From: Euprymna scolopes
Taxonomy: Eukaryota
Assembly (NCBI GenBank): GCA_053919585.1
Contig: CM132795.1
DNA: 64,000 nt
Reading direction: 5' to 3' (one strand)
In this document: positions 25,301 to 39,382 of the stretch, in pieces
How positions within the stretch are numbered: position 1 is the first letter of the stretch
Layout: the number at the start of each line of letters is the position of its first letter
Program-made: the position numbers and the translations under genes
Notes under the pieces: generated by a model
Database searches by the model: none
Told to the model about the DNA's origin: nothing
What the model saw: only the letters and a program-made list of their open reading frames with translations

Positions 25301-26433
25301 TATCACTTTCAGATTTTACTGGTGATAATTCTTGAGATTTTTCAGACTGGTCCTTTGTAGAAGTTACCGGGGATTTTGCTGGTTCCATAATAGTGGGAGG
25401 TTTTGCTGTAGGTGATGCGGTGCGTTCAGCGTGTATTGGGGATGTTGCAGATTTTTCTGAAGCAGTTGGTGATACAGAGGCATGGGACATTGCGGTTGAA
25501 TGAACAGATTTTTCTGAAAGACCAGGGGATAACGCTCGCTCAGAAGGAACTGGTGATTTTGCTTTCGATCCGGCAGATTTCTCGGATACAGGAGACTTTT
25601 CGACTTCTGATCCAATAGGTGAGGCCGCTTTCTCAAGAGGAGAGGTCTCAGCACCAGATTTAACTGAAGAAACGGGAGAAATTGCAGGTTCGGAAATTAC
25701 AGGGGATTTGATGGTGCCAGAAAGTGTTTCGCTAGGGGCACATTGCAGTGACATGGCGCGTTCAAGCACTACTGATTGTGTTACCTTTTCTTCTTTGACA
25801 AGAGCTGCATCAGCCTCATCCCCATCTTCGGCTCCAGGAGATTTTAGTGACTTGTCTTGTTCGGATTCAGCAGGGGATTTAGCTGATTTTACAGAATCGG
25901 CTTTATCGGATTCTGAAGGAGTTGTAGCTTTGACCGATTCCGCCCTGTCAGATTCAGCCTTTTCAGATTCTTCTCTCTCAGATTCAGCTTTGTCAGATCC
26001 AACATCTTGCGATGTTTGCCTATCATCTTCATCAATCTCAGACTCCGTCTGGTCGTTGTCTTTTTCCTCCTCATCTTCGTCGTTGTCATCGTGATCTTTA
26101 CGCTGAGTTGATTTTAATTTTTCCTCGGATTTCAATACTGATTCCTCCCTGACTTCTTCAAGTCCGGTGCCAGTATCTGCATCCGAGTCTGCTCGGGTTT
26201 CCTCAGCTTCAGCTTCGGTATGCGTGTCTGAATCGGAGTCTTTGCCTTCGTCGTCAGCCTCATCATCTCCACCGTAGCTGTCAGCTACGACTTCGGGGCT
26301 AGTAGATTTCGCACGTACCGTGCCATCTTTTGAACTGTCGTCATCACTTGCTGCTTTTCCATTGGTTTTTATTAGTTCCGGTCTATAGGCTTCTCTGGTC
26401 CGAATCGTCATAGGCAAATGCACAAGCTCGATC
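16317..26433 (-). CDS. NF220: Giant alternative tail exon of the high-molecular-weight neurofilament (NF220-like): acidic segment followed by Lys-Ser-Pro/Gln-Ser-Pro repeat arrays
   Basis: The 3391-aa ORF in the track really begins at the acceptor tctccctcctgcAG|G at 26433. Its phase 2 completes AG|G = Arg, giving EGEESR-IELVHLPMTIRTREAYRP. The frame is open for 3371 codons to TAA at 16317-16319, with an alternative phase-1 donor G|GTATGT at 16361/16360. The sequence is dominated by SEKAESEKSAKSPV(P/T)SEPA(K/Q)SPV(A/T/P) units. Confidence 0.92.
17920..22790 (-). repeat. Coding minisatellite array 2: ~65-70 copies of a 72-bp (24-aa) unit, consensus SEKAESEKSAKSPVTSEPAQSPVA
   Basis: 72-nt periodicity is visible directly, e.g. 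the recurring gattcagctttttcagaagctac...ggttctgaagttac. Copy number estimated as length/72. Confidence 0.95.
23830..25280 (-). repeat. Coding minisatellite array 1: 72-bp units SEKAESEKSAKSPVPSEPAKSPVP plus 45-bp (15-aa) units SEKAESEKSAKSPVP
   Basis: Seen in the translation and the DNA. The 45-bp units lie at ~23830-24030 and ~25020-25190. Confidence 0.93.
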
Positions 26434-28992
26434 CTGCAGGAGGGAGATAAATATCTTTGTCCATCCACCCACGTATAACACAATAGCCCCATAAAAAGGG
26501 TACATCAATAGAAGCAGTAAAGAATTGCTTTAATTAGCTTAGGGGAAATCTTAAAAGGGGCAAATTTTCACCTTACCCATATCTCAGTAGGCACAATAAA
26601 CATAAATGAAAAGAGTTAGATGCAGTTCTTTTCGAATTGTTAAAATAGCAGACGGCAGAAAGGCAGCAGTAACGTTAAATGTTACTTTTCAGAGAAAAAC
26701 TCATGGTGAATTCTAAGTACTTTCAAATGAAAAATGTTTTCTAGTTTAAGAAATGATTTGCAATTTAATTAGCTCGATGTGTTGCCATTGTTCAATGAAA
26801 CTAAAGTTTTTTTTAAACTGTTTTGTTGCATTTAAAATTTCTTACTTTTTTTTTTTACATTTAACAGAAGACAAAGTGCTATTATAAAATTGTGCGGATT
26901 TCGATTAAATAATATCAAGTATTTGTAGAAATGTGAATATAACACCCACGAAGACATTTTTATATTGATTTATATGTTTTATGTGTTATTTTAAGATGTT
27001 TGGGTGGAGAGACCCATATTTATATGAACATTTTATTTTATAAATGAAAATAGAATATAAATAAAAAGATCGAATTAAAAAATAGAATCATTCTAAACAC
27101 ATAAGAATGTAGTTGTTTCACGTTTGGTTAAAGGGCATAGTCAGCATNNNNNNNNNNNNNNNNNNNNNNNNNNNNNNNNNNNNNNNNNNNNNNNNNNNNN
27201 NNNNNNNNNNNNNNNNNNNNNNNNNNNNNNNNNNNNNNNNNNNNNNNNNNNNNNNNNNNNNNNNNNNNNNNNNNNNNNNNNNNNNNNNNNNNNNNNNNNN
27301 NNNNNNNNNACGCCACAAAAAATAACGATAAAAGAAACACATTTGTATAAAACTCGTGTATGGATTTATAGCAATAGAGTAGAGAGTTTAATGGCGAGTA
27401 ATGTTTAACTGATGAACATAAGTAAATTATCTATTATGGTATTAATAATATTAGCACACACTCCAAGATGAGTAATTATTATCATTTATATTATTTCATT
27501 TATTGTCCTAAATTGTTGTCATATTCAAAGTGTTTCGACCGTTTCACTCTTCCGCCTTCTACAGATGCCGGTTTTCTTTTTTTATGAAAGTTCATGTTCC
27601 ATGATTTTTAAATATCTAGTATTAGTTTATTTTGTTTCATTCTTTCATTATGAATATTTTTTTAAAAATTTAGGTAAAATTTTTCTTTGGTCAATATAAT
27701 GTATAATACTAACAATATATACATTAAATATTAAATTAAATTAAATATTAGATATTACATATTAAAAAAGTCGTGGTATGGAAATAATCAGTCTTAAGAA
27801 GATAACGGCCGAAACCCCACGAAGATTCAAGGCATGTATAACAGTGTTAAACATGCAAATAATATCTATAATAAAAGAAAGTGTTTGTAAAATATATGCA
27901 TAAATGAAACAATGAAATGTTATGTAAAGCAATTCTCGTCGATAATACGTCATTTTAGTAAAGCGTTCCATCTACAAGCAAGGTGAAATAAAACATCAGA
28001 ACTCAATGTACACTAAAAAATGTTGATAAATATAAGATAAGAATATACAACATTATTGTGAGGATATTATCTGATGTTATTATATTACAACAATTCAATT
28101 AAATCTAACGTTTATGATGAGTTGAATACTTTCATCTTCTTTTGAGGATGCTCTCCGTTTTAAACTTTCAGAAGATAATTATATTTTCTAATCGATCGAA
28201 GCTAAATGTATATTCATAAATTTAAAGTAAAATCGCAATTTTTCTGTATTCCTTATTTCCTCTTTTCTGTGAACAATTCTTGTAATTCTTTTGCTTCATA
28301 CAGATGGTCAGATTTAATAAACATTCGTGTTCTGTTGGTTTATTTATGTCTTTTTTAAAGTCTTACATTCTAATTTATTATTACACTGAAATATGCAACA
28401 TTTTTACTTTACGCAAAAGCAGAAAAAAATTGTCGCTCTAATTTCATATCGATTACGATCTTTTATTAATCATTTCCCCAAAAAGTAATGATGAAACTGT
28501 ACTTTAAAACGCTAATAAGGCATTTAAAAACGCTAATTTGTTTCCTTTGTAATAAAAAGGAAACATCTGGGTCGATTAAAAAAAAACGGTTTACACCATA
28601 ACAACTACTTTATGTGGATATTATGAGAAAAACACAAAACTGTTAGATTATTTATGGAAATATATAGATTTTGTTCATATTTTTTTTCTCAAAATAAACT
28701 ATTCGTTTTCATTTGTACCGGATGTCAATTTAAACCTTATACAAATAAGTAAATAGGAAACAAATTAATTTCTTTTTAAAATGCGTGAATTGGAAGTACT
28801 TTTCAAGTTCAGCTTTTCCAACATGAATTTACAAACACTTATTGTGAATACTTTTATAAAAGTCTTTTTAAGGTACAAAAATATAAAAAAGCACATATTC
28901 TCATTCTATATATGAGGCGCAATTAATCTTTTACAATATTGAAATATTGATACGACATTAAAAAATTGAAGTAAATAAAAGTATATTCAAAG

Positions 28993-29023
<31 letters not shown>

Positions 29024-29551
29024 GGAAATCTCAAATTATAATTATATTATAGTAAATTCAGAAGTTTCGTGCTCCAAGTTAATATATATGTGATATGATA
29101 TGAAATACTTAATTCTGACTTAAGCTTCAAAGAATAATGGCAAGCAAATCTGTTAGAATCTGCATCTGTAATCTTCAACAAAAGAACAATTAAATAGTAA
29201 ATTTCAGAATGTTTGAGACAAGGGTTGAGGTGTAGATTGCAAAATCCAGCAATAATACCGCACAATTTTCACGGACATGAACGCTTTTTGCCGGCGTCAC
29301 ATATTACAAGAAATTGTTGTCTATCTTCACATGTACGAATCACACTTAAAGCTGACATAGAACAGCTACATTTATTTCAAAGTCATAATTAGAATATACT
29401 TTTTAATTAAGAATGGAAACCCTCCTCTCGTCGCTGTATTATGTTTATTAAATAAAATGCACTGTAAGCACTGTTTTTACATCGTATCGAAACCAGCTTT
29501 AAGGTGACCAACGCAAATTTATTATTAAAATTTAAAGATGATAACATAGCA

Positions 29552-29598
<47 letters not shown>

Positions 29599-29601
29599 TA
29601 T

Positions 29602-29855
29602 ATATTATCAAATAATTTTGATAGGCTAAACACAAAACATCTTGTTTATTGATCGCTTTGGTTGGTGTTTAATATCAAGCTAAAAATAAGTACTGAGGGA
29701 AGCATAATGATGTACTTTCCAATAAAGAAGAGTATATAAATTTCATAATATTCACTTGATCTTAAAAGAGATCAGAGTAAATAACGAATTAAATAAAAGA
29801 CCAACAAACAAAACTTGTTTATGTAAATTTAATCAAAATTGTTTGAATAATAATA
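29602..29855. mobile_element. Degenerate fold-back element whose termini resemble the 14470-14951 element, flanked by (AT)n on both sides
   Basis: ATTATCAAATAATTTTGAT on the left and ATCAAAATTGTTTGAATAAT on the right, with further weak internal complementarity. Confidence 0.45.
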
Positions 29856-29870
29856 TGCTGGCTAAATATT

Positions 29871-29938
<68 letters not shown>

Positions 29939-31369
29939 AAGTAATATACATTTACATATACATACAATTATATTTTTATGTATATGTATACATCTTTATG
30001 CATATCTAAGGCAATATAGGGAACATAGTCGTGGGGAAAAGTATTCATTTCTTGGATTGTTTGTCCATCGTTAAAAATATCACACCAAATAAGTGTTTTA
30101 AACAGATTGATTGAAGAATGTTCCATGTGTTGTTTATATAGAAATATTATTTCTTAATAATTTAAAACCACTAGATGTAATATACTTTCTCCAAAACTAT
30201 TTTCGCAGATATTACTTCTCTGTACATTTTTCAGACCTCAATNNNNNNNNNNNNNNNNNNNNNNNNNNNNNNNNNNNNNNNNNNNNNNNNNNNNNNNNNN
30301 NNNNNNNNNNNNNNNNNNNNNNNNNNNNNNNNNNNNNNNNNNNNNNNNNNNNNNNNNNNNNNNNNNNNNNNNNNNNNNNNNNNNNNNNNNNNNNNNNNTA
30401 AGTACAGCAACGATGCTAACTGCTGAAGGATATGTCTTGTCTTAGTAGTCACCATGGTTGGTTTATATTATAAAACACATCTTGTTCTTTAATCTATAAT
30501 GGACTTGTTTTTTATTTATTTTTCATAATTTTATTTTTAAGAATGAATCTGATGAATTTTTCTTTTTAAATGTAAGGATTATTAAAACGATAAATGATTT
30601 AAAAAGAATTCCTCAAAAATAAGTGGTGACATGGCGTTAATATTATTATATAATTGATTATTTTCTTGGTAGGTATTGCGATGGGAAGTCAGACACAACA
30701 AGAGAAATAAGACGGAGGAAAATAAATATCGAAGTACAGAAGACACAAATACAGAAACGATAGTATACTTGAAAAGCTTAATAAGTTTGACGATTACGAC
30801 ATTATTTTTTTTTAAATCGAAAATAGTTATTTATTTTGGGAAGGAAATAGGTATGGGATATGTGGGTCGTTTAAAATTTAATTAATTTGAGGAATATATC
30901 AAAATATAAGAACATAATACAGAAGTACTTTTCTATTCTTATTTCTGTTGTGTATAACAGTTTTTGACGTACAAATACATTTGTAAAAGTGCAACAAATT
31001 ATTCTGATTGTATGTGTATGTAATTTATAATTTGACCCTGTACATCATTATTTATATACGCTCCAATCTTGTGTACTTAATTTGTAAAAGTAAATATCAC
31101 ATTATTTAAAAGTAAGTAAATGTCTCTTAACGTTTTATTATCCATTACTTTAATTTTTTTATATAAGTAGTCTTGATGGAAATGGTTCTTTGCCATTAAC
31201 TCTATACTATAGGCATTAAGGTTTGCATTAGATAAAGCGATCGTTATCTACACGCCATAAGTTTTTCAAGACTATGATTCCAGTAAAATTTCAATCCTAC
31301 AGTTCGATGATTACGTTATTATATACACTTATGACGAAGATATACAATTAAATAATGTTTCACTTTGTT

Positions 31370-31372
<3 letters not shown>

Positions 31373-31446
<74 letters not shown>

Positions 31447-31526
31447 GCATACATCTAATAAAATAGTGTTATAAATAATGTTATATATAATTGCATACAT
31501 CTAATAAAATAATGTTATAAATAATC
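31373..31526. repeat. (AT)n microsatellite followed by a 46-bp tandem duplication
   Basis: (TA)~35 at 31373-31443, then ATAATTGCATACATCTAATAAAATA.TGTTATAAATAAT twice. Confidence 0.85.
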
Positions 31527-34500
31527 CGTAGAAAAATATATTCATTTTTTTCTTATGAAGAGATTAATATGGAAGTATAATTTCACAGTTATTTATTAAA
31601 ATACAATTTGAATACGATCTAAAAACAGCTATACGGCTCTAATAGAGTGTAACAATTAGAGCACGGCTTCTGAAGTACGAGCAATTAATTCTTTTCGAGG
31701 CATACAAACTATTTTCACAGTTACCTCTTTATATTTTTATTCACAAAAATTATTATTACACCTAATAATTCAACCTTAAATATGTGACATTTTCTATGAT
31801 TGAACATACCAATTATATCATCGACGTCTCTTGTATGTGTGCGAAAACAGCTGAACGCAAAGGACAGCAGAATCAACCATAACAACTTGATCTTAGTCCA
31901 TCGTGTATACACATAGTTTAAATCTATAATACTACTAATTAATATTTTACCATTTATAGCATGAATAAAAGATTTTACCATTTCTATTACTAATGAAACG
32001 TTATCAAATAAAACAATGTTTTTACATCGAAATTCGAAGTGTTACAAATATGTGTCAACTTTTTATGAATATTACACACATAAATCTGTACGCATCAAGG
32101 ATACATTAAATTATATGAATTATCTTTATATATATAAATTATCCTTATGTATATGATATGAACTTATACCAATATACGTAATTCTTTGAAATTACTGTCT
32201 GCATAGCTACCTATCGGTTGATATTAGATTTTTACTATTTTGTACAAAATTAATGGCAATTTTAGTTTATCTTTATATAGCATAAGATAAGGTGTTGCTA
32301 TTGCAGTTTAGCGACAAATGAAGTTGACTGAAAAAGTAGAATCAACGTTGAAAGCCGATGAAAATTAGTAGAAAACAACTACCGATTCTTTTAATTAGAT
32401 TTTAAAATTAATTTTATGATTATTTTATTATTAGACTAATAATTAGTAAGTTTATTCGTTGATAAGAAAATCCGACAAAAAACTAAAGTCCAATAATAAG
32501 TACACATCAAAATAAACCATATATTAGCTATCTTGGCGTTATTTGTGTGCTTGCGTGAATAAAAGATACTTAAGCATTTTTCACGATATACACATACAAC
32601 ATTTAACTAGCAGTAGTATAGTATATATATACATATATAGCTATATAAGTATTGACCTATATGCTTACAATACAACCATCTATAATTATACATATATACG
32701 TGTGAGTGTATCCGTATTCATGATTTTACATGTTTATAAACGCCTGTATACATCTATACACATATGGAAAGGATACATATACAAATACATTTACAAATAC
32801 GGACAAACATTGTTGAATTATAAATTAGCGTCAGTATTATGTCTGCGATGATGATTTCATAATGTTATATTGTTTCGTATTTCACATTTAAAAACAAAAA
32901 CAAATGGTCATTTCAACCGTGTGTTCATTTGTTGTATTCGTGGTTGGATCGACAAACAACTCACGTCTGTTATTATGTTTTGTCGACGTCTATTTTAAAT
33001 CTCCTAAATGTGTGTTCCTTTTTCTTGTGTATAATGCCCGCTTTGTACATTGCACATACTTCGTGTGTGTGCAAAGGTAAATAGTATAATTAAACAATTA
33101 CAAGCGCATATACACATAAAAATACGTATTAATACATTTACATACTATATACATATATATATACATATATATACATATATATATATACATATATATAATA
33201 TGTATATATTACGTGTCTATTTACATAAGATGTTTGCTGTTAGTGAGTATTTAAGCAGACGTTTCTGTATTAGATACCCTAAATCTATGTATAGATGCGT
33301 GTACTTATGTGTGTACTTAGTTATAGTTTTTACGTTTAAATTTGCATTTTCTTTTTTGTTCTTAATTAAACACATTCATCAAATTCATTCTTTTTTGGAA
33401 GGAAAGGAATAAATATGTGACCCCGACGAAGCAAAAGGTCTTCCTAATGCATATAGTTTTTTTACGTCATTTTTTTTCTATTTCGTAAAGAAAGCTGAAT
33501 GAGAGTAGAAGTGAGATGTTCTAAGGAATATATTCCCATGCATTTCAATGAATGTTGTACAACATCATTGTCTCCATTGCCTATTTTAGAAAATAAAATA
33601 GTATTCTGTAAATAGTTTTTCATCAATGCAAAATAATTAATACGCTTTTTTATAATTAATACTTACACTCAACCCGTATAGAAAATGAATACAATTTCAG
33701 CAATAACTCCAGGATATAAAAATAAATAACAAAATATACATTTATTATTTATTTTAAAATATTTAATCAATAAAAACTGTGAATTCATTGTTTTCTATAA
33801 TTTGGATAATCGTTTATTATTATATGTATTAAAAAATTTTCACGCTGGTATTAGATAAATTCTGTAGATTTATATAAATATATCTTAGCCGCACTTTAAT
33901 TTCAGTTAGGTTTCGAAACAATTACAATACGTTTCTTTCTCAGACGAATATTTCTTTTATTTTGGTGGCAAAGCATACAAGTCAGCTGCCGGGCAACAAA
34001 GACATATGATGTTACACAAGGACCGGATATATGTACCATTACCAAGTAATATTTTATGAGATAGTNNNNNNNNNNNNNNNNNNNNNNNNNNNNNNNNNNN
34101 NNNNNNNNNNNNNNNNNNNNNNNNNNNNNNNNNNNNNNNNNNNNNNNNNNNNNNNNNNNNNNNNNNNNNNNNNNNNNNNNNNNNNNNNNNNNNNNNNNNN
34201 NNNNNNNNNNNNNNNNATATCTCTATTTATAAACGTATTATTCAATTCATCATTATTTTTCGTTTTATTTAAAGATCTTTTTAAAATAGTTTATGGTCCG
34301 GGAATAAGCTGACAATTATAAAACGAAGCACCGTTGACTGTCAAAAAGAAATACGGAGTATTAATCGAATCTAAATTAAGCTTTTTTCTAAGTGGTTTTA
34401 TATAATATATACTAATGCATTGATAAAATAATAATATAGAGTTCGATTAATTGAACATTCCGTATTTCTCCTGTGTAAACAATACACCCCTAGTTAGTCA

Positions 34501-36248
34501 CGGCTACTCTCGTTCACTTTCTTTCGTTTTAATACATTTAATTTGTTCAAAAATCAATCTAAAATCAAAGTGAAAATGAACTAACAAAATAAGAACAGTG
34601 TATGAATCAGATTGAGAAATTAGGCCATGTTTCTTTCGCTTTTTCATTTACGTTAATTTTTCGCATGGAAACATATTATCGAATAACATATTTACTTATG
34701 TTTGTATCAAAGGAATTTAAAGACATTTTCTCTCATATATTATAATAGCCATTAAAAATGTACTCTCCAAAATTATATTCGTAAAAAATTCCTCAAAGCA
34801 ATTATTATTTATAAAAATATCATATGATTCTCTGGATGTAAATATATATTGAATACAAATTCTTATTCGTCGCTTATGCATATGCTTTTTTCTGGTAAAT
34901 TAATAAATAAGGTCATTATTATTGACATATTCCGGGAAGGGATATAGTTCTTTAAAGAAGCTTGACTAAAGGAATCGAGTAATATAATCTATTGAATCGC
35001 CTTAAAAATAGTTTGTCTAGTTGTAGCTTGTAATATGTTTAAGCTTCAAGCTTCCGGTGTGTATTTCAACATCTCCACTCATGAAGTCAAACCCTTCTGC
35101 ATTTATGGCTTCATCAGCCAATCATGCTCTTATGTGAATGAACCCAGTTTTGTCATAAATTTTCTTAAAAATCAGGTTTCTGTTGTAGGATTTATTGAAC
35201 TGAATGTGTTTATTTGGTTTGGGAGCACAATCCAATTATAGTAATTTACCTATGCTTTGAAAACAAATCAAAAATGAACATCTGTTTAAGAAAATATATT
35301 TTACCATATAAAATTACTTTGGAGTTTCGCTTCTAACATAAATTAAATTTAGCATTCTTTACAAAAGAAAATAGCCTTATTCTAAACTAATTCTAAGCAT
35401 TTAAAATGCCGAATATCAAGTTAATTCTGGTTGATTTCCAATGTTTGAGAAATAATTTTATTACAATGAATATATACCACAAAATGAAGGAAAACTATTT
35501 GATTTTCTCAGTGTCTAACTATGTAAATAAATAGGAAAATAACTTTAGTATCTCAAATTTTCTATGAGTCCAAATTAAAACTTATTGAACTCAATTTTAT
35601 GGATCAAATGAAATGATAAAACCTTTGCAGTTCAGACCTTGCTAAATACGTTATTCTTTGTGCGAACGCGTTCAACTGATTTGACTTGCTTTATTTTTCT
35701 TGCGCTTCACGTATTCATAATTAAAATACATTGAAATCTTTTGAAGTGGCATGCAATAGATTACTGTTAAATGAACGTATTTAACTATTATAAAAATATG
35801 AAGAGAAAATGTTGTTTTTAATAGTTGTTTATAAAAGCGATTATTTAATATTTTATGGCATAATAATGTATCTTTGTTTTCTCAATTGATAAGGACAACG
35901 TGAAATGAAGAAAATTGCACTGACACATGCCAAACAAAACGTTATTTCTCGTTCCATATTAAATTGAAATGTTTAACGTGTGTTAATTTTACAAGTTAAT
36001 CTGAATAACTTTTAGAACAAAATTCGTATTAAATGTCCATAGTAATAATAATTATCACGAATCAATATTAAAACTTGCACTGCGATGTTGTAATTCTAAA
36101 TGCATAGGATTGAAAAAGATTGAAGCAAACATAACAATAAGTGTCCGAATCTTATTTGAGGGTTGATTTAAGATATTATACTCATTTTCAATAATTACCT
36201 CCAATATATGTATCGATCTATTGATCTATCGATCTATTCATTTCTATC

Positions 36249-36295
<47 letters not shown>

Positions 36296-36539
36296 GTATG
36301 TGTCTGTTTGTGTATGAATTTCGGTGATTATCCCCGTGATTTATTCATTAACCATACCATAATAGACGCCTTAATGCAAACACGAATTTGGTTCGTGATT
36401 TGTTGTATACCAACGGCTCTCATCTGAGGTTTAGAAGTGCGTATTTTTCAAACCATATGCACCTTGTTTAGATGGGAGATCAATCTAGATACCAATCGTA
36501 TTGTACCAATCAGCATCTAGAGAGCTCTATTAATGACTT

Positions 36540-36950
36540 TTGGTCTACGTTTATAGCCAAAAGTTGAAAATTGTCGGAAACTTTGTGCACCAGGACAGCA
36601 CACTATGAATGGCTGATACACTCGTGAGTAAATGCCAAGACTACTTTTGTTAAACTACAGAGACAATTAAGATCAAAGGCTGCAATTTATTCTTGCTATT
36701 CGCTCTTCTTTATATGAAACCTCAAATACAGAAATTAACTTAGACGTTGCCAGCAACAATGCCCAAGGAGAATCCTTGGCGTCCGTTCGCAAACATTTCT
36801 TATTAATGTTAAGGTGTTAGAACAAGTTTGATATCAAAGAATAAAATTGATCATATTTAGCGTATAGATTACAGTGGGGATGGCACATTGTGATAATAGC
36901 CGACGAGCGACTTCTTAAGCAGCTCTTCCATGGCGAAATTATTGAATAAA
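36540..36950 (+). mobile_element. Decayed RTE-clade LINE fragment (end of RT and downstream region)
   Basis: Conceptual translation gives KLKIVGNFVHQDSTL (cf. LEVVDKFVYLGSTL), QQQCPRRILGVRSQ (cf. HQRCLRRILGIRWQ) and LQWGWHIVIIADERLLKQLFHGEI (cf. LRWAGHVVRMDDxRLPKQLFYGEL), in the expected order, with frameshifts. Confidence 0.75.
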
Positions 36951-38955
36951 ATTATCGGGTTCAAAACAAAAGTCTTAACAGGCCTAAAATAGCAACCTTA
37001 ATGCAGCTGCTTAATGTTATCTCATAAATAGTCTAGCAATAACAGTGCTCGAATACGATTTGTAATCACGAGAGAATATTGCTGTTATTCGTCTCAACAG
37101 AAGACCCACTAGAGAAGGTAGTCACGATGCGTACAATATCAAAAATATTCAAACAATATATGAATGTACATTCTCTTTTGAGATAGCCTTTTGCATTTTG
37201 CTACTTTGCCCAATAAAGTTGATGTTCTCGTGTATTGTATTATATCAATAACTGCAGAATTGTGTTCTGACAGCGATTTATAAATACGCGCTTATTTTAA
37301 GGTATATGATTTTCTAATAATTAATAACATGCTCATCATATAATGAACACTTGCATTATAGTAAGAACGTAGTACACGAAAGAGAAGCAATTGTACCTGA
37401 TTAAAAAATCAGTCCGGCTATTTAAAATTCAATCAAAATACATACATACATACATATGCTTATCCCAGGGTATTTTTCGAATATGTGTCATTCCTGCATG
37501 ATTTTCACAATACTCCTTTATGCTAAGTAATTATATAGTATTTGTTAAACATGTTAAATAATACGAAAAGAGAGCACGTGTCAGAGCATTTTTCTATTTA
37601 TATTTTTAACCTTTAACATACAATTTTCAATAACAAATAATGATTCACAAATTAGAAATGCGTTCTTGAATGTCTATTTAAGTTTAAACAAATGATTTTA
37701 ATTTTGAATCTTTTCAGAATAAATAATAAGCTTATGTTGACTTAGCCAAAATTATTATAAAACTGATATCATCTTATTAAGACTTTGATTCTTTTTAACA
37801 TTTGAACTAAATTATAATTATAATTAAATGTTGGCCGTCATAGATTTAGCTTGAAATTTTCAAAAAAACAGCGACTCTTCACAAATAAGTTTTTTTTCAG
37901 ATAATCTGAATTTAAAAATCATCTCTCTGATATAACCGTTTAAAATCGTAATCTTAATCTAATGTTTTAGAGTAACTCCTGTTAGCAAATTAATATTGTA
38001 AATATATTTTTCATAAATATTTTCTATGTGCCGATGAAAAAAAATCCCCTTTTTGGATATATTTTACACCAAGTTTAAAACAGTATTAATAGCACATATA
38101 TAATGAAGAGTAATTTAAAGTATATGAGAATGTATAATTTATATCGGTTAGCAAGTTTCATTTGGTTTGAATACTATTGTTCAATAATCTAGAGAATCAT
38201 AAATTGCTTTTATACTCCAAACAATGAACACAGATACGACATATAATCGTGTATAAGTCGACATGATATGCAATTCGACCTTGTTTTTACAGCCAAACAT
38301 ATATCGGATGCCCAAAACTGTTGAGCTGCTTCTCCTCTTTCGTGGTGCATACTTTGATCAAAACATAATACAACTATTACTCATGTATATGTTGATCACT
38401 TTTCAAGATTTTGACCCGGAAGTTGACTTTCAAAGTACGATGTATACACGAGTATATACGGTTTATATTCCCTTTTAAAATTTCAAACAAAAATTCATTT
38501 GTCGTTAACGAAAAATAGAATGACAAATAAAAAGAAACGTCAATTGAAACATTAAAAAATCTTAAAACATAACGCATATTCAAAATTAGACTTAGGTTAA
38601 AATGTTTTTAAATGAACTGAAAGAAAAAGTTAGAAACATTAAAAAAGAAATGTTTTCATAATTGAAAATTTGTATTACAAAAATGGTTTAGTTATTAGCA
38701 AAATATTTATACAAGATTAGTACTTGAAAATAAAAAGATCTGTAAACAAAATAATCATAAACCTGACTATTAGATACAAAATTAAAATGGAACAAATAAA
38801 ATGAACATAATTTAGTTTGTAAATTCATAATCAATTCTTGTTCGTTGTCCGCGATGCATATCTAGTCGTATCTCTTATTCAGTCGTTATAGAAATTCGCT
38901 CTGATCTTATATATAAGCGTTTATGCGATAAAAAATAACGATCAAAGACATGAAT

Positions 38956-39032
<77 letters not shown>

Positions 39033-39161
39033 TAAGCAAAAATAAATATTTCCTGGTAGACATACTGGAACGCATTTCTGCAACTGAAGATCAATAATTT
39101 CAAAAAATAATTATTTTAATTATTCAAAAGTTGGTTAGCAGATTGAAAAGGAATCTCTTAC

Positions 39162-39382
39162 CTGCTTTCTTCACCTTCTAACAATTTTCTGTAGGCAGCA
39201 ATTTCCAATTCTAGGGACAATTTGATGTCCATCAAATCCTGGAGCTCCTTGAGAATGCTTTCCATTTCACCACGAAGTTTGGTTATTTCTTCTTTGTACT
39301 GGCAGCTCTCAAGTTCATTCTGTCTGTCCTTTTCTTCCAGTTCGCGCAACAAATCTTGATTGGTTCTTTCTAATTGAGCATT
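39162..39382 (-). CDS. NF60/NF70/NF220: Neurofilament rod exon ending with the IF helix-termination motif
   Basis: tttttttAG| acceptor, AG|GTAAGA donor. 221 nt, phase 0-2, NAQLERTNQDLL...LMDIKLSLELEIAAYRKLLEGEES(R), the canonical intermediate-filament signature. Confidence 0.97.

Noticed and set aside
23824-25335. 503-aa plus-strand ORF (DFSDSAFSEGTG repeats) and other antisense ORFs at 16324, 17245, 18079, 22975 and 25708
   Set aside because: These are antisense shadows of the repeat codons. The frame closes where the K-to-Q change creates TGA on the plus strand, and there is no independent evidence of coding.
26434-26492. ATG at 26492 as the start of a stand-alone 3391-aa gene
   Set aside because: The first ~20 codons span a polypyrimidine tract and the AG acceptor at 26434-26435. 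The phase fits the upstream rod exon exactly, so the ORF is a spliced tail exon.
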